DNA of 64,000 nt from Myxococcota bacterium (lineage in GTDB: Bacteria > Myxococcota_A > SURF-8), in the NCBI GenBank assembly GCA_963674735.2, contig CAXXQS010000002.1, positions 1,056,001 through 1,120,000 on the forward strand, written 5' to 3'. Positions 1 through 9,955 of this stretch are shown in pieces. The first letter of the stretch is position 1, and each line of letters starts with the position of its first letter. The notes under the pieces were generated by a model that saw only the letters and a program-made list of their open reading frames with translations, had not been told where the DNA came from and made no database searches. The translations under genes were made by a program, and so were the position numbers.

Positions 1-852
1 TTCGATCGGAATTTGATCGCCGCTCTCAATCGTCAAATCGATCGTAGATGAAGGCAAGGCGGCGTAAAACGGAATCCCGTGATATTTCGCGAGGACAGCC
101 ACCCCATACGTCCCGATCTTGTTGGCCACATCGCCGTTGCGCACGGTCCGGTCGGAACCGACCACCACGGCTTGCACCTTGCCCGAGCGCATCAAAACCG
201 CCGCCATATTGTCGGTAAGCAGCGTAACCGGGATGCCTTCCTCGGCCATTTCATAAGCCGTCAGACGCGCACCTTGTAGCAGCGGACGGGTTTCGTCGGC
301 ATAAACGTGAATTTTTTTGCCTTGTTCCCAGGCGGCGCGGAAGACGCCCAAGGCGGTCCCGTAGCCGCCGGTGGCCAACGCTCCGGCATTGCAATGGGTG
401 AGAACGCCATCGCCGTCTTTGAGCAACTCGGCCCCGAAGCGCCCCATGGCGCGGTTCATGGCGATATCTTCCGCATGGATGGCCTGAGCCTCCGCGAGCA
501 TGCGCTCGATCAATTCGGGACTGTTCTTGTACTCGCTGTATACACCACGCATACGCTTCAGAGCCCAAAAGAGATTGACGGCGGTGGGGCGGGTGGCCGC
601 CAACGCCTGCTCCACGGCATCGTAATGGGCGTCGCTGAGCGCTTCACCCGTATCGGCTTTTTCTTTCAACCCGACCACCAGCCCGAAAGCGGTCGCGATT
701 CCGATGGCGGGAGCCCCGCGTACGCTCAAGCGGCGGATGGCTTCACAAACGATCTGATGATCGCGACAGTGGATATAGGTCACCTCTTTGGGAAGAAGCG
801 TCTGGTCGAGCAAATATAAACGATCGTCACGCCATACGATGGCATCCGCCAT
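1..852 (-). CDS. mtnA: S-methyl-5-thioribose-1-phosphate isomerase (partial, runs off left edge)
   Basis: Not in the ORF track. Manual minus-strand translation from ATG 852 gives MADAIVWRDDRLYLLDQTLLP...VRGAPAIG...LTHCNAGALATGGYGTALG...DETRPLLQGARLTAYE, hallmark MtnA motifs. Confidence 0.92.
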   Translation of the reverse strand, partial: MADAIVWRDDRLYLLDQTLLPKEVTYIHCRDHQIVCEAIRRLSVRGAPAIGIATAFGLVVGLKEKADTGEALSDAHYDAVEQALAATRPTAVNLFWALKRMRGVYSEYKNSPELIERMLAEAQAIHAEDIAMNRAMGRFGAELLKDGDGVLTHCNAGALATGGYGTALGVFRAAWEQGKKIHVYADETRPLLQGARLTAYEMAEEGIPVTLLTDNMAAVLMRSGKVQAVVVGSDRTVRNGDVANKIGTYGVAVLAKYHGIPFYAALPSSTIDLTIESGDQIPIE

Positions 853-1049
853 GAGAGCCTCCATTCAGGTCGTTTTCAGCGGTCCGAACATAGCGCCAAG
901 TATCCGATGATGCAAGTGAAAAGTACACCGAAACCTTTCGGATCGTGACCAGGCGGCAAGCGAGAATCAGAAATCGGGAATCGTCCGGCCGCCCGGATCG
1001 CTCTTGCAAACTAGGGTTTGGAATCGAATATTGTCAGGGTGGGGCATTG

Positions 1050-2564
1050 ATGAAAGCATGGGTGTTTTTATTTTTGGCGGGGTGGTTGGCCGCCTGCGGA
1101 AATGTCAACGGAAACGGCGACGACATCGAGGCCGGTTCCGAAACGGACGGCGACAACCTGAAAACCGACGGCGACCTCGATGCAACTCCGCCTCCCTTGC
1201 CGGACTTCAGCGACGAAACCGTCGAATTTCATGTGCAATTCGACTCGAACAACAGTGTTTTATCGGATTGGAGCGCCATCGATTTCGGAACGGCAGGCGG
1301 AACCGGGTCGGATTGGTCGGTAATGGGAGACGGCTTGACTCAGTGGAACCTGGTGGCCGGCAGCAGCGAAACCGATCCGATCCCCGAGCAAAGCGCCTTG
1401 CGATCATCGGAATTGCGTTATAAACGGCATGCTCCACGCGTGTGGGCTCTGCGCATACAGTTTACGTTGTATGGCGGGGCGGGCGGCATCGGCCTGACCC
1501 TGGGAAACGGCCGGCATGAATTGCTTTACTGTGCGGATGTCGACTTGTGCGGGGGCGTGTTTTTACGCTGGCGCAGCCAGGGCGAGACACGGGCCCTGGT
1601 CGCAATCGACCCCTTGGCCAAGGGCGAGCGGCAGGAATGGCGGATCGCGGTCGACCAGGGCTGGGCACGCTGGCTGGTCGGCGATACGCAGCAAATGGCC
1701 TTCCCCCTGGAAACCGAAATCGAGGGTGAAATCGGGATTCTAGCCTACGGCGCCCCGGATTTTCGCATTCACGAATTAGACCTGTGGGGGCAGTTGGGAT
1801 CTCCGCGCGACCCCCCCGGCCGCCACTGGAGTATTGTCGCCAACCACGGAGCCGGTTTGAGCAGCCCACGGAATCTCTTTCCCGAACACACCCTGGTTGC
1901 TTTCGCCCACGGACAAGCGGCCGGAGCCGACTTTATCGGCGTGGATGTGCGGCTCAGTCGCGATGGCGCGCCGGTTCTGTTGCACAACTCCCGTCTCGAC
2001 ATCACCACCGATTGTACGGGCAATGTCGCCGATCTCGATTGGGAAACGATCTCCGCCTGCCGAGCCGAAAAGGGATCTCCCTGGGAGGGATCCGAACAGT
2101 TCGTTTTGCGCTTGGAACAAGCGGTGGATGCTTTCCCAGCGGCCCGTTGGCTGATCGAACTCCAAGCAGGCAACAATGAGACGGCGGATGTCGAGAGCAT
2201 GAATACCGTGATCACCCTCATGGAAGAACGTGGGCTGTGTGGCGGAAGTTGGATCGGCTCACGCGACTTAAACGTGCTGATCGAGGCTCGTAAACGTAGC
2301 GACATCGCCAACTTGGCCTGGGTGCTGGAGACCGTAACCCTGGACGATGTCGACCGGGCGGTGCTTGAAGGCTTGGATGGCCTGGTGTTACCTCCCGGTG
2401 CAATGGACACCGCCACGCGCTTGCGCGCCTTGGAAGAAGGATTGCACCTGTTTATGGGACCGGTGGATACCCCGCAGAATCTGGATGAGTGGGTTGGCGA
2501 CGGCACGGAAGGCTTCATCACCAATCGTCCCGATCGACTGGCCGGATCGGCCTGGCCTTTGTAA
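1050..2564 (+). CDS. Lipoprotein with C-terminal glycerophosphodiester phosphodiesterase (GDPD) domain
   Basis: Lipobox LAAC; C-terminal IVANHGA..PEHTLVAF..GADFIGVDVRLSRDGAPVLLH..GFITNRP resembles GDPD, with canonical HRG/E-x-D residues degenerate. Start moved to ATG 1050. Confidence 0.7.
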   Translation: MKAWVFLFLAGWLAACGNVNGNGDDIEAGSETDGDNLKTDGDLDATPPPLPDFSDETVEFHVQFDSNNSVLSDWSAIDFGTAGGTGSDWSVMGDGLTQWNLVAGSSETDPIPEQSALRSSELRYKRHAPRVWALRIQFTLYGGAGGIGLTLGNGRHELLYCADVDLCGGVFLRWRSQGETRALVAIDPLAKGERQEWRIAVDQGWARWLVGDTQQMAFPLETEIEGEIGILAYGAPDFRIHELDLWGQLGSPRDPPGRHWSIVANHGAGLSSPRNLFPEHTLVAFAHGQAAGADFIGVDVRLSRDGAPVLLHNSRLDITTDCTGNVADLDWETISACRAEKGSPWEGSEQFVLRLEQAVDAFPAARWLIELQAGNNETADVESMNTVITLMEERGLCGGSWIGSRDLNVLIEARKRSDIANLAWVLETVTLDDVDRAVLEGLDGLVLPPGAMDTATRLRALEEGLHLFMGPVDTPQNLDEWVGDGTEGFITNRPDRLAGSAWPL

Positions 2565-2658
2565 ACTCGATTCACATCGCATACAGCACAACACGTAAAA
2601 CTATTTTCAGGATGAAACGGCTTGACTTGCCCAAATAGCCTGTGCTAAAAATGACGGG

Positions 2659-2678
2659 CTGAATGAATGGTCATTCAG
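2659..2678. promoter_or_regulatory. FadR(YsiA)-type TetR operator palindrome
   Basis: CTGAATGA-ATGG-TCATTCAG perfect 8-4-8 inverted repeat, downstream of TTGACT (2622-2627) and upstream of the TetR gene. Confidence 0.75.
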
Positions 2679-2704
2679 TATACTCAAAGCACCGATCTTG
2701 CTCA

Positions 2705-3322
2705 ATGAAGACAAAACTCATGAATGGATCGCGAAACAACGATAAACACAAACGGATTCTTGATGCTGCGGTTAAAGTTTTCGCCCGGAACGGCTTCTTC
2801 AACTCAAAAGTAGCTGAAATAGCGAAAGAAGCCAACGTCGCGGACGGCACCATCTACCTGTATTTCAAGAACAAGGACGACATCCTGATCTCCCTGTTCG
2901 AATACCGCATGAATCAAGTGATCTCGCTGTTGAATGATCGAATGAAGGGCGTGGACGACCCGATCGAGAAAGTACGCATCTTCATCAACGCCCATTTCGA
3001 ACTTCTGGAACAACACCCCAACTTGGCGGCCGTCATCACCCTGGAGTTGCGCCAGTCGACCAAATTCATGAAAGAATACGACAATCAGAAATTCATGGAT
3101 TATCTGGGTATCCTTTCCGACATCATTAAAGACGGGACAACGAAGGGGATATTCCGCAACGATCTATCCCCCGGCATCATCAAGCGCGCCTTTTTCGGCA
3201 TGATGGATGAGCTGGGCTTGTATTACGTGTTGTCATCACCCAACAGCCAGTACAGTTGCCGGATGATGGCCGACCAAATGACGAATTTCGTTCTGAGCGC
3301 GCTGTTGAAATTAAACGGATAA
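2705..3322 (+). CDS. TetR-family regulator, FadR/YsiA-like
   Basis: ILDAAVKVFARNGF..VAEIAKEANVADGTIYLYFKNKDDIL HTH; sits upstream of etfBA. Start uncertain (2705 or 2720). Confidence 0.88.
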   Translation: MKTKLMNGSRNNDKHKRILDAAVKVFARNGFFNSKVAEIAKEANVADGTIYLYFKNKDDILISLFEYRMNQVISLLNDRMKGVDDPIEKVRIFINAHFELLEQHPNLAAVITLELRQSTKFMKEYDNQKFMDYLGILSDIIKDGTTKGIFRNDLSPGIIKRAFFGMMDELGLYYVLSSPNSQYSCRMMADQMTNFVLSALLKLNG

Positions 3323-3341
3323 TACGGGACCTCCCGCCATA

Positions 3342-3359
3342 AAGGATTGACAAATCCTT
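3342..3359. promoter_or_regulatory. Palindrome overlapping TTGACA upstream of etfB
   Basis: AAGGATT-GACA-AATCCTT 7-4-7 inverted repeat containing a consensus -35 hexamer. Confidence 0.4.
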
Positions 3360-3421
3360 CGGGTTTGATAATAGTTCGATGCTATCGCTTTTTTAAAAAC
3401 GATTAGGAAGGAGGCACGCGC

Positions 3422-4177
3422 ATGAAAATTCTGGTGATGTGCAAACAAGTACCGGATCCCGACATTAAGGTGAAATTGAACGCCGACGGGACGGGCATCA
3501 ACACGGACGGCATGAAGTTCGTGGTGAACCCTTTCGATGAGATTGCCAACGAAGAAGCCCTGCGCATCCATGAGAAAAATGGCGGCGCCGAGGTTGTCGT
3601 TCTGGGTATCGGCCCGAAAGACATCACGACGCAGATTCGCAGTTGTCTGGCCATGGGCTCCAACCGCGGTATCCACGTGGTGACCGATGACGTAATCGAC
3701 CCCGATAACGTGGCTCGGATCATCCAGAAGGTGATGGACGACGAGAAACCCGACCTGGTTCTCATCGGCAAGCAAGCCGTCGACGACGACTCCGGCCAGG
3801 CCGGCCAGATTCTTTCCGCCCTCACCGGCTATCCGCAGGCCTGCTATGCCTCGGAAATCGTCCTTGACGACGGCAAGACCAAAGCCACGGTGACCCGCGA
3901 AATCGACGGTGGACTCGAAACCATCGACGTCAATTTCCCGGCCATCATCACCGCCGACCTGCGTCTCAACGAACCGCGCTACGCATCGTTGCCCAACATC
4001 ATGAAGGCCAAGCGCAAAGAAATCAAAGCACTCTCCCTGGATGACCTGGGCTTCACACCCAGCCCCAAGGTGAAATTGATCAGCTTGACCGCTCCGCCGG
4101 AGCGTCAGGCGGGCGTCATCGTCAAGACGGTTGACGAACTGGTCGACAAACTCATCAACGAGGCCAAGGTCATCTAA
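3422..4177 (+). CDS. etfB: Electron transfer flavoprotein beta subunit
   Basis: MKILVMCKQVPD..NPFDEIANEEALR..GKQAVDDD..RLNEPRYASLPNIMKAK. Confidence 0.96.
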   Translation: MKILVMCKQVPDPDIKVKLNADGTGINTDGMKFVVNPFDEIANEEALRIHEKNGGAEVVVLGIGPKDITTQIRSCLAMGSNRGIHVVTDDVIDPDNVARIIQKVMDDEKPDLVLIGKQAVDDDSGQAGQILSALTGYPQACYASEIVLDDGKTKATVTREIDGGLETIDVNFPAIITADLRLNEPRYASLPNIMKAKRKEIKALSLDDLGFTPSPKVKLISLTAPPERQAGVIVKTVDELVDKLINEAKVI

Positions 4178-4216
4178 CACAAGCTCCCACGGGAGTTGCA
4201 AAAATAGGAGAGACCC

Positions 4217-5182
4217 ATGTCGGTTTTGATCCTTGCGGAACAGAAAAAAGGGAAACTGGTTAAGGCGTCGCTGGGCGTCATGAACATCGGCGCCACCATC
4301 GCTTCCAAGATGGGCACCGATTACAACGTGCTGCTCATCGGCGAAGGCGCCAAAGACGCGGCCGCGGCCGCCGTCAACTCGGGTGCGGGCAAAGTGTTCG
4401 TGGCCGAGGGTGACAAAGTCGCCACTTATATGGACGAGCTTTGGGCGGACATCACGCTGGACGTGGCCAACACCGCGGGCGCGACGGTCGTGCTCGGCCT
4501 GGCCACCACCCAGGGTAAAGCGGTCATGCCGCGTGTCGCGGCCAAACTGGATGCCGGTATGGCTTCGGAAATCACCGGCGTCACCGACGATCTGCATTTC
4601 ATCCGCCCGGTGTATGCCGGTAACTTGAATGCCGAAGTCGAAATCACCACCGAGAAGAAGGTTGCCACCGTGCGCGGGACCGCCTTCGAACCCATCGCCG
4701 AAGGCGCTGCCGCCGCCATCGAAGACGTGGCCATCGCCGCCGATCCGGCCGGTTACAACAAAGCGTTCGTGAAACTCGAAGAAACCGTCTCCGACCGTCC
4801 TCCGCTGACCGAAGCGGCCGTGGTGGTCTCGGGTGGTCGCGGCCTGAAAGCCGCCGAGAATTACAAAATCGTCGAAGAGCTGGCCGACCTTCTGGGCGGC
4901 GCGGTCGGCGCAACCCGCGCCACCGTCGATGCGGGCTGGATCCACAATGATTACCAGGTGGGTCAGACCGGTAAAATCGTCGCTCCCGACCTGTACATCG
5001 CGGTCGGTCTTTCCGGTGCGATCCAGCATCTCGCCGGTATGAAAGACTCCAAAGTCATCGTGGCCATCAACAAGGACGAAGAGGCTCCGATTTTCTCGGT
5101 TGCCGATTACGGCCTGGTCGCCGATCTCTTCGAAGTCGTGCCCGATCTGGTTCAGAAAGTCAAAGCCGCCAAGCAAGGCTAA
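4217..5182 (+). CDS. etfA: Electron transfer flavoprotein alpha subunit
   Basis: [44 protein letters not shown]. Confidence 0.96.
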   Translation: MSVLILAEQKKGKLVKASLGVMNIGATIASKMGTDYNVLLIGEGAKDAAAAAVNSGAGKVFVAEGDKVATYMDELWADITLDVANTAGATVVLGLATTQGKAVMPRVAAKLDAGMASEITGVTDDLHFIRPVYAGNLNAEVEITTEKKVATVRGTAFEPIAEGAAAAIEDVAIAADPAGYNKAFVKLEETVSDRPPLTEAAVVVSGGRGLKAAENYKIVEELADLLGGAVGATRATVDAGWIHNDYQVGQTGKIVAPDLYIAVGLSGAIQHLAGMKDSKVIVAINKDEEAPIFSVADYGLVADLFEVVPDLVQKVKAAKQG

Positions 5183-5203
5183 GCTTTCACCACCATTCAG
5201 ACT

Positions 5204-5236
5204 AAAAACGGTCGTCCGAAAGGGCGGCCGTTTTTT
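5204..5236 (+). terminator. Intrinsic terminator after etfA
   Basis: AAAAACGGTCGTCC-GAAA-GGGCGGCCGTTTTTT hairpin with T-tract. Confidence 0.8.
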
Positions 5237-5390
5237 GTGTGCATGAATGGGATGGATTCGCACAAACGGTCATCCAATGAGTCGTAAACATGGACAAATC
5301 TGTGGACATAATCATTGACAACATTGTTGTGGTAATATAATAATATTTAATATTATCATACAGATAATATGGACGCGATGGAGGACATTC

Positions 5391-6566
5391 ATGAGGACAT
5401 ACGAGCGGACACATCACTGGCTTAAATTTTCCCTCGATTTACGCCAGGCGTCCCCCGACCTGTGGATGAAATTGGGCGAAGCGCAATCGAAATGCGAGCA
5501 TATCGCCGGTGTGCCCCTGGACAAGGAAACGGAAAAACAGCTTCACCTACTCTATCTCACCAAAGGCGCGCTGGCCACGACTGCAATCGAGGGCAACACG
5601 CTAACGGAAGAAGAAGTCCGCGCTCGTATTGAAGGCCAGTTGGAACTACCGTTATCCAAGGAATATCTGGGGCAAGAGATCGACAATATCGTCAACGCCT
5701 GCAATGAAATTACCAAAAGTTTGATCGACAACCCATCCGCCGAGTTGTCCGTCGAGCGGATACGCCGTTTCAATCGCCAGATTCTCCATAAACTGCCGAT
5801 GAGCGAAGAAAAAAGCCCCGGGGAGATACGACAGGTTTCCGTTGGCGTTGGTCGCTATCGGGGCGCACCGGCCGAAGACTGCGACTATTTACTTGAACGC
5901 CTATGCCGGTGGATCAACGAACAAAAAGCTGAAGCAGGAAAAAAAAACCGTATCGCCAATGGCATTCTGAGAGCTATCATCGCACATATTTATCTTGTCT
6001 GGATTCATCCTTTCGCCGACGGCAACGGGCGCACGGCGCGTTTGATCGAGTTCATGATCTTGCTTGATGCGGGCGTTCCTTCACCGGCCGTTCATCTGCT
6101 GAGCAATCATTACAACCAAACCCGAATGGTTTATTATCAGGAACTGGATAAGGCTAGCCGTTCAGGCGGTGATTTGCAGCCGTTCATGGAATACGCCCTG
6201 CAAGGGTTGGTGGATGGTCTCAAAGAGCAGCTTATGCGCATTCGAGATTATCAGTGGGATGTTATCTGGCGAGATTACGTCTATAAAACGTTCAAAACAC
6301 ACAAAGCGAAATCGTCCAGCACGGTCAATGCCAGAAGGCGAGATCTCGTTCTGGCGTTACCGGCCAATGAAGCATTCACCCCCATTCGCCGGTTGAACAT
6401 GATCACCCCGGAGATTGCCAGAGCTTATGCCGAGAAGACAACAAAAACCATCTCTCGCGATTTGAATGTTCTTGAAGAAATGGGCTTGGTTCAAATTTCG
6501 AAGTCCGGCGTCCGCGCCAGACGAGACAGTATTCTCGCTTTCCTGCCGATGCAAAAACACGAGTGA
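5391..6566 (+). CDS. Fic-domain protein with C-terminal HTH
   Basis: Canonical HPFADGNGRTAR motif; TTAIEGN inhibitory-helix motif; C-terminal TISRDLNVLEEMGLV wHTH-like segment. Confidence 0.92.
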   Translation: MRTYERTHHWLKFSLDLRQASPDLWMKLGEAQSKCEHIAGVPLDKETEKQLHLLYLTKGALATTAIEGNTLTEEEVRARIEGQLELPLSKEYLGQEIDNIVNACNEITKSLIDNPSAELSVERIRRFNRQILHKLPMSEEKSPGEIRQVSVGVGRYRGAPAEDCDYLLERLCRWINEQKAEAGKKNRIANGILRAIIAHIYLVWIHPFADGNGRTARLIEFMILLDAGVPSPAVHLLSNHYNQTRMVYYQELDKASRSGGDLQPFMEYALQGLVDGLKEQLMRIRDYQWDVIWRDYVYKTFKTHKAKSSSTVNARRRDLVLALPANEAFTPIRRLNMITPEIARAYAEKTTKTISRDLNVLEEMGLVQISKSGVRARRDSILAFLPMQKHE

Positions 6567-6575
6567 CCCGATCGA

Positions 6576-7046
6576 TTAATTCGATTCCCCCAACCATTCC
6601 TGCACCGCTTGTTCGGCCATGTCGAAGCGTGCATCGCCTGCGGGTAGGACGGCCACCACGTCGCTCACCTCCGGTGGCGGAGGCTCCGCACCGACCCACA
6701 GTTTGGGCCAAGGGCTCCCTTTGTGCCCTTCCACGAGCACAAGATCCACGTCCACGGGCAGGCTTTGCAGAATCGCCTCCATGGCGTCGGGACCGTCGTC
6801 CGTCATGCGCCAGCGCATGAATCCCTGGGTCGGGTCATGGGCGAGCACCACCGCCGCCCCGGCATCGAAAAAACGCGCCGAATCTTTTCCGGGTGTGTCG
6901 ACGCTCAAACGATGGGCGTCGTGCTTGAGTACCGCCAAGCGCAAGCCGCGCGCCTGCAGGCGCAGAATCAACGCCTCGATCAGCGTCGTTTTACCCGATC
7001 CTGAATAGCCGCAGACAGCCAGAACCGGCAGAGCTTTTTTCGTCAT
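6576..7046 (-). CDS. mobB: Molybdopterin-guanine dinucleotide biosynthesis protein B
   Basis: GYSGSGKTTLIE..LKHDAH..DTPGKDSARF..AGA..DLVLVEGHK. Confidence 0.88.
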   Translation of the reverse strand: MTKKALPVLAVCGYSGSGKTTLIEALILRLQARGLRLAVLKHDAHRLSVDTPGKDSARFFDAGAAVVLAHDPTQGFMRWRMTDDGPDAMEAILQSLPVDVDLVLVEGHKGSPWPKLWVGAEPPPPEVSDVVAVLPAGDARFDMAEQAVQEWLGESN

Positions 7047-7256
7047 TCGAACCTCCTTCTCGCTGCTTCCGTTATAGGGTTTACCGATGGCGAGTGCAAG
7101 CCCAAATACCCCGTGATTCCTGCTCTTTCGCCTTGACGCGCCAGGGTTCGAGGAGTAGAACTAGCAACGGGTGTGCCGCCACGCCACCCGCCGACCATTG
7201 TCAACGGTGCAAACAATGAAAAATGGCCGGACCATCCTGGTGCAAGGAGGACGCAC

Positions 7257-8648
7257 ATGATCAAAACTCTGGAATTCACCTATGGGGACGGAAAACTCGC
7301 CCTCGACTTCCCCAATGCCTTTTTAGCCGGAGACCTGGTCGAGCCGAAGCCGTCCAGCGAAAAACTCACGGAACGCGAGCTGAAAAAGAAAATCGATGAG
7401 GCGCTGGCGCAGCCGGTGGGACGTCCCCGCCTGCGCGATATGGTGAACGGCAAATCGGTCGCCATCGTGATGTCCGACGAATTTCGCGCCGGACTCCAGC
7501 AGCTCATCATGGACCGCCTGCTGGTCGAAGCCAAGGCGGGAAACCCCACCCGCATTGCCGTATTCGTCGCGACCGGCAGCCACGATCCCAAATACTACGT
7601 CTCGAACATTCGCAAATGGTTCGACGCCAGCTGCAAATTTCACGGCATCGAAGCGGAGATGTTCGCCAACGAATGCGATGCCGAAGACAAAGCCATGCTC
7701 GGCCACACGTCGCTTGGGACGCCGGTCGAACTGATGAAAGAATTGCTTACCTTCGATGTGCGCGCCTACGGGCACGAATCGAAGCACCATTACATGAACG
7801 GCTATTCGGTCATCGACAAGCAGGTTCTGCCCGGCTTCGCCTCGCGCGCCACCATCGCGGGGGCGCATAAGTTCGCCCTGGATGCCGACCATTCCGCCGC
7901 AGGGCGCATTCCCTGGCATGCCGACCCGGAGCGTCGCACCAATCCCTTTGCCCAGGGCGCCGTCGATGGCCGCAAACTCTCCGAAGCCAAGCGCTGGCGC
8001 GACGGCCAGGTGGTGGACGATCCCATCGAGACCTTCGCGTTGGAGATGATCTCCACCAAAACCTCCATCGACTGGATCTTCGCCGGGGATCCCGACGAGG
8101 CCTGCCGCCGCATGACCGCCGCCGCCGATGAGCTGGCCGCCCATACCCTGCCGCGCACGAAATATGTCGTCATCTCCCCCGGTGGCCCACCCGCCTGCAA
8201 CGCCCTTTACGGCGTGCAGAACTGTTTCGATATGGCCCTCAAGTTCGCCATCGAAACCGGCGGTGAGGCCTTGGTGCTGGCGCCGTGTCTGGGACGTCCC
8301 GATCTGCCCGACGAAGTGAAAGGTTTGGCCCCGGATCTGAAAAGCAAGAAGCTTTTCTGGGATAATCTGTGCCGGTATCTCAAGATGCCGATCGACGAGG
8401 CGCTCAAGGATATCGACGATAACTTCGAGCTTTATCTCTGGAAAACCGACCGCGTGTTGAAACTTCTGCGCGTGGCCAACATCAACCTGCATCTGCATTC
8501 GGCCCTGCCGCCCGAACTGGTACGCAACGGCTGCATCGAACCCTGCGAAAACCCGCAAGCCTGGATCGACGAACGCGCCAATCGCGGCGACGGTCAGGTT
8601 CGGGCCATCGATGAGGGCAACAAACTGCTGGTTATCGCCGACGATTAA
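7257..8648 (+). CDS. LarA-like (lactate racemase/DUF2088 superfamily) protein
   Basis: ALAQPVGRPRLRD..VAIVMSD..VATGSH..HYMNGYS..KQVLPG..SPGGPP resembles the LarA fold; AGGAGG RBS before ATG 7257. Confidence 0.65.
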   Translation: MIKTLEFTYGDGKLALDFPNAFLAGDLVEPKPSSEKLTERELKKKIDEALAQPVGRPRLRDMVNGKSVAIVMSDEFRAGLQQLIMDRLLVEAKAGNPTRIAVFVATGSHDPKYYVSNIRKWFDASCKFHGIEAEMFANECDAEDKAMLGHTSLGTPVELMKELLTFDVRAYGHESKHHYMNGYSVIDKQVLPGFASRATIAGAHKFALDADHSAAGRIPWHADPERRTNPFAQGAVDGRKLSEAKRWRDGQVVDDPIETFALEMISTKTSIDWIFAGDPDEACRRMTAAADELAAHTLPRTKYVVISPGGPPACNALYGVQNCFDMALKFAIETGGEALVLAPCLGRPDLPDEVKGLAPDLKSKKLFWDNLCRYLKMPIDEALKDIDDNFELYLWKTDRVLKLLRVANINLHLHSALPPELVRNGCIEPCENPQAWIDERANRGDGQVRAIDEGNKLLVIADD

Positions 8649-8902
8649 CCGTCACGATCCTTTCTCGTTTTTCCGTGCGGGGCTTCTGGCCCCGCATTTT
8701 TTTGCGGATTGCGCGCTATCCAAAGCTTCGCACTCGCCAAGGCAAATAGGCACACAAACCCTGCAAATTCAGGTATTTATGGGAATATTCACCGCCTCCC
8801 AGCCTTCTTTACAGGTGCACGGGAACGGAAAGACTTTCATGGGTTGAAAACAGGTTTTGGGTCGCGCAAGCGGCCCAATTTCTTTTGGAATGCGAGGATA
8901 CC

Positions 8903-9217
8903 ATGGGACGACGTATCGTTCACGAATGCGACCTTTGCCACCACGCGATCGAAGACCCGTACCCCGATCTGATTCCGGGTAGCCAGGATCTCAAACGGTT
9001 ACTCGCACAACCGTCGATCGACTTGATCTGTCACGACTGCGTCTCGCGGGCTCGCGGCATTTTACAGGCCTTGGCCAGCGAGCCGGTGGAGCTGTCCTTG
9101 ACGCACGCATTGAGTCACTGGATCAAAGGACGCCGGGCGGCATCGAATACGCATCAAACACGGCGAGGCTGGCACACCAAATGGTCCTCTCACGCGGCGG
9201 ATGGACTGGCTAAGTAG
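8903..9217 (+). CDS. Small hypothetical protein with two CxxC pairs (possible Zn-binding)
   Basis: CDLC..CHDC; GAGGA RBS before ATG 8903. Confidence 0.5.
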   Translation: MGRRIVHECDLCHHAIEDPYPDLIPGSQDLKRLLAQPSIDLICHDCVSRARGILQALASEPVELSLTHALSHWIKGRRAASNTHQTRRGWHTKWSSHAADGLAK

Positions 9218-9309
9218 CGGGAGGGTCATCCGCAACCGCTCTTCAGACTTGTAATTTCACGCACTTCATGTCATGCTGAAGGCCACTAATCGACTCAAAG
9301 GGGAGCGCG

Positions 9310-9828
9310 ATGAAGGCGTATTGTATCCTGTTTGCCGTGGGGAAAGACAGGCCCGGGATCGTAAGCGATGTCTCGGGCTATTTGTTCGATAACGGGGCCA
9401 ATATCGTCGACAGCCGCATGGCGGTGATGGGCGGTCGCTTTGCCCTGACCACCCTGTTTTCCTGCGACGAACTCCACCTGGACGATATCAAGAGCCAAGT
9501 CACCGATCTCAACGCATTGGGACTCAGCGCCTCGTTCCACGATGCCGAAGCGCCCTCATCCGAAAAGGCGGCCGCCGAGCGGCTGGACCTGACCATCCAG
9601 GCCATGGACCACGCGGGGATCGTCAACCGGGTGGTGCGCCTTTTGCACAGCTACGACGTCAATATCGAGTCGCTGGACACCCAGGTTTCCCATGCGCCGT
9701 TTTCCGGCGATGCCCTTTTCAATATGCATCTGAAAGCCAGCATGCCCCCTGCGGTATCAGCCCGGGATCTCATCCACGAACTCAAAGATCTGGCCGAAGC
9801 CGAAGACCTCGACATGCTCTTCGGGTGA
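9310..9828 (+). CDS. GcvR-like double ACT-domain protein
   Basis: GKDRPGIV..GANIVDSRM and MDHAGIV..VNIESL tandem ACT motifs. Confidence 0.85.
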   Translation: MKAYCILFAVGKDRPGIVSDVSGYLFDNGANIVDSRMAVMGGRFALTTLFSCDELHLDDIKSQVTDLNALGLSASFHDAEAPSSEKAAAERLDLTIQAMDHAGIVNRVVRLLHSYDVNIESLDTQVSHAPFSGDALFNMHLKASMPPAVSARDLIHELKDLAEAEDLDMLFG

Positions 9829-9955
9829 GAAACACATCGTTGAAGCCGCCGGGAGCCCGTCGCAGACGCGCGCCAGCGAGGGGAATCGTTCTACAATCGT
9901 TTCGTTATTACACCCCCCGCTCAGCCTGAGTGATTTCGCGAAGCGAAATTTTATC

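Noticed and set aside
3311-5263. Long minus-strand 650-aa ORF, and similar antisense ORFs such as 13498-15192, 19582-21303, 53342-54907, 57822-59267
   Set aside because: Antisense shadows of well-supported genes, expected in high-GC DNA.
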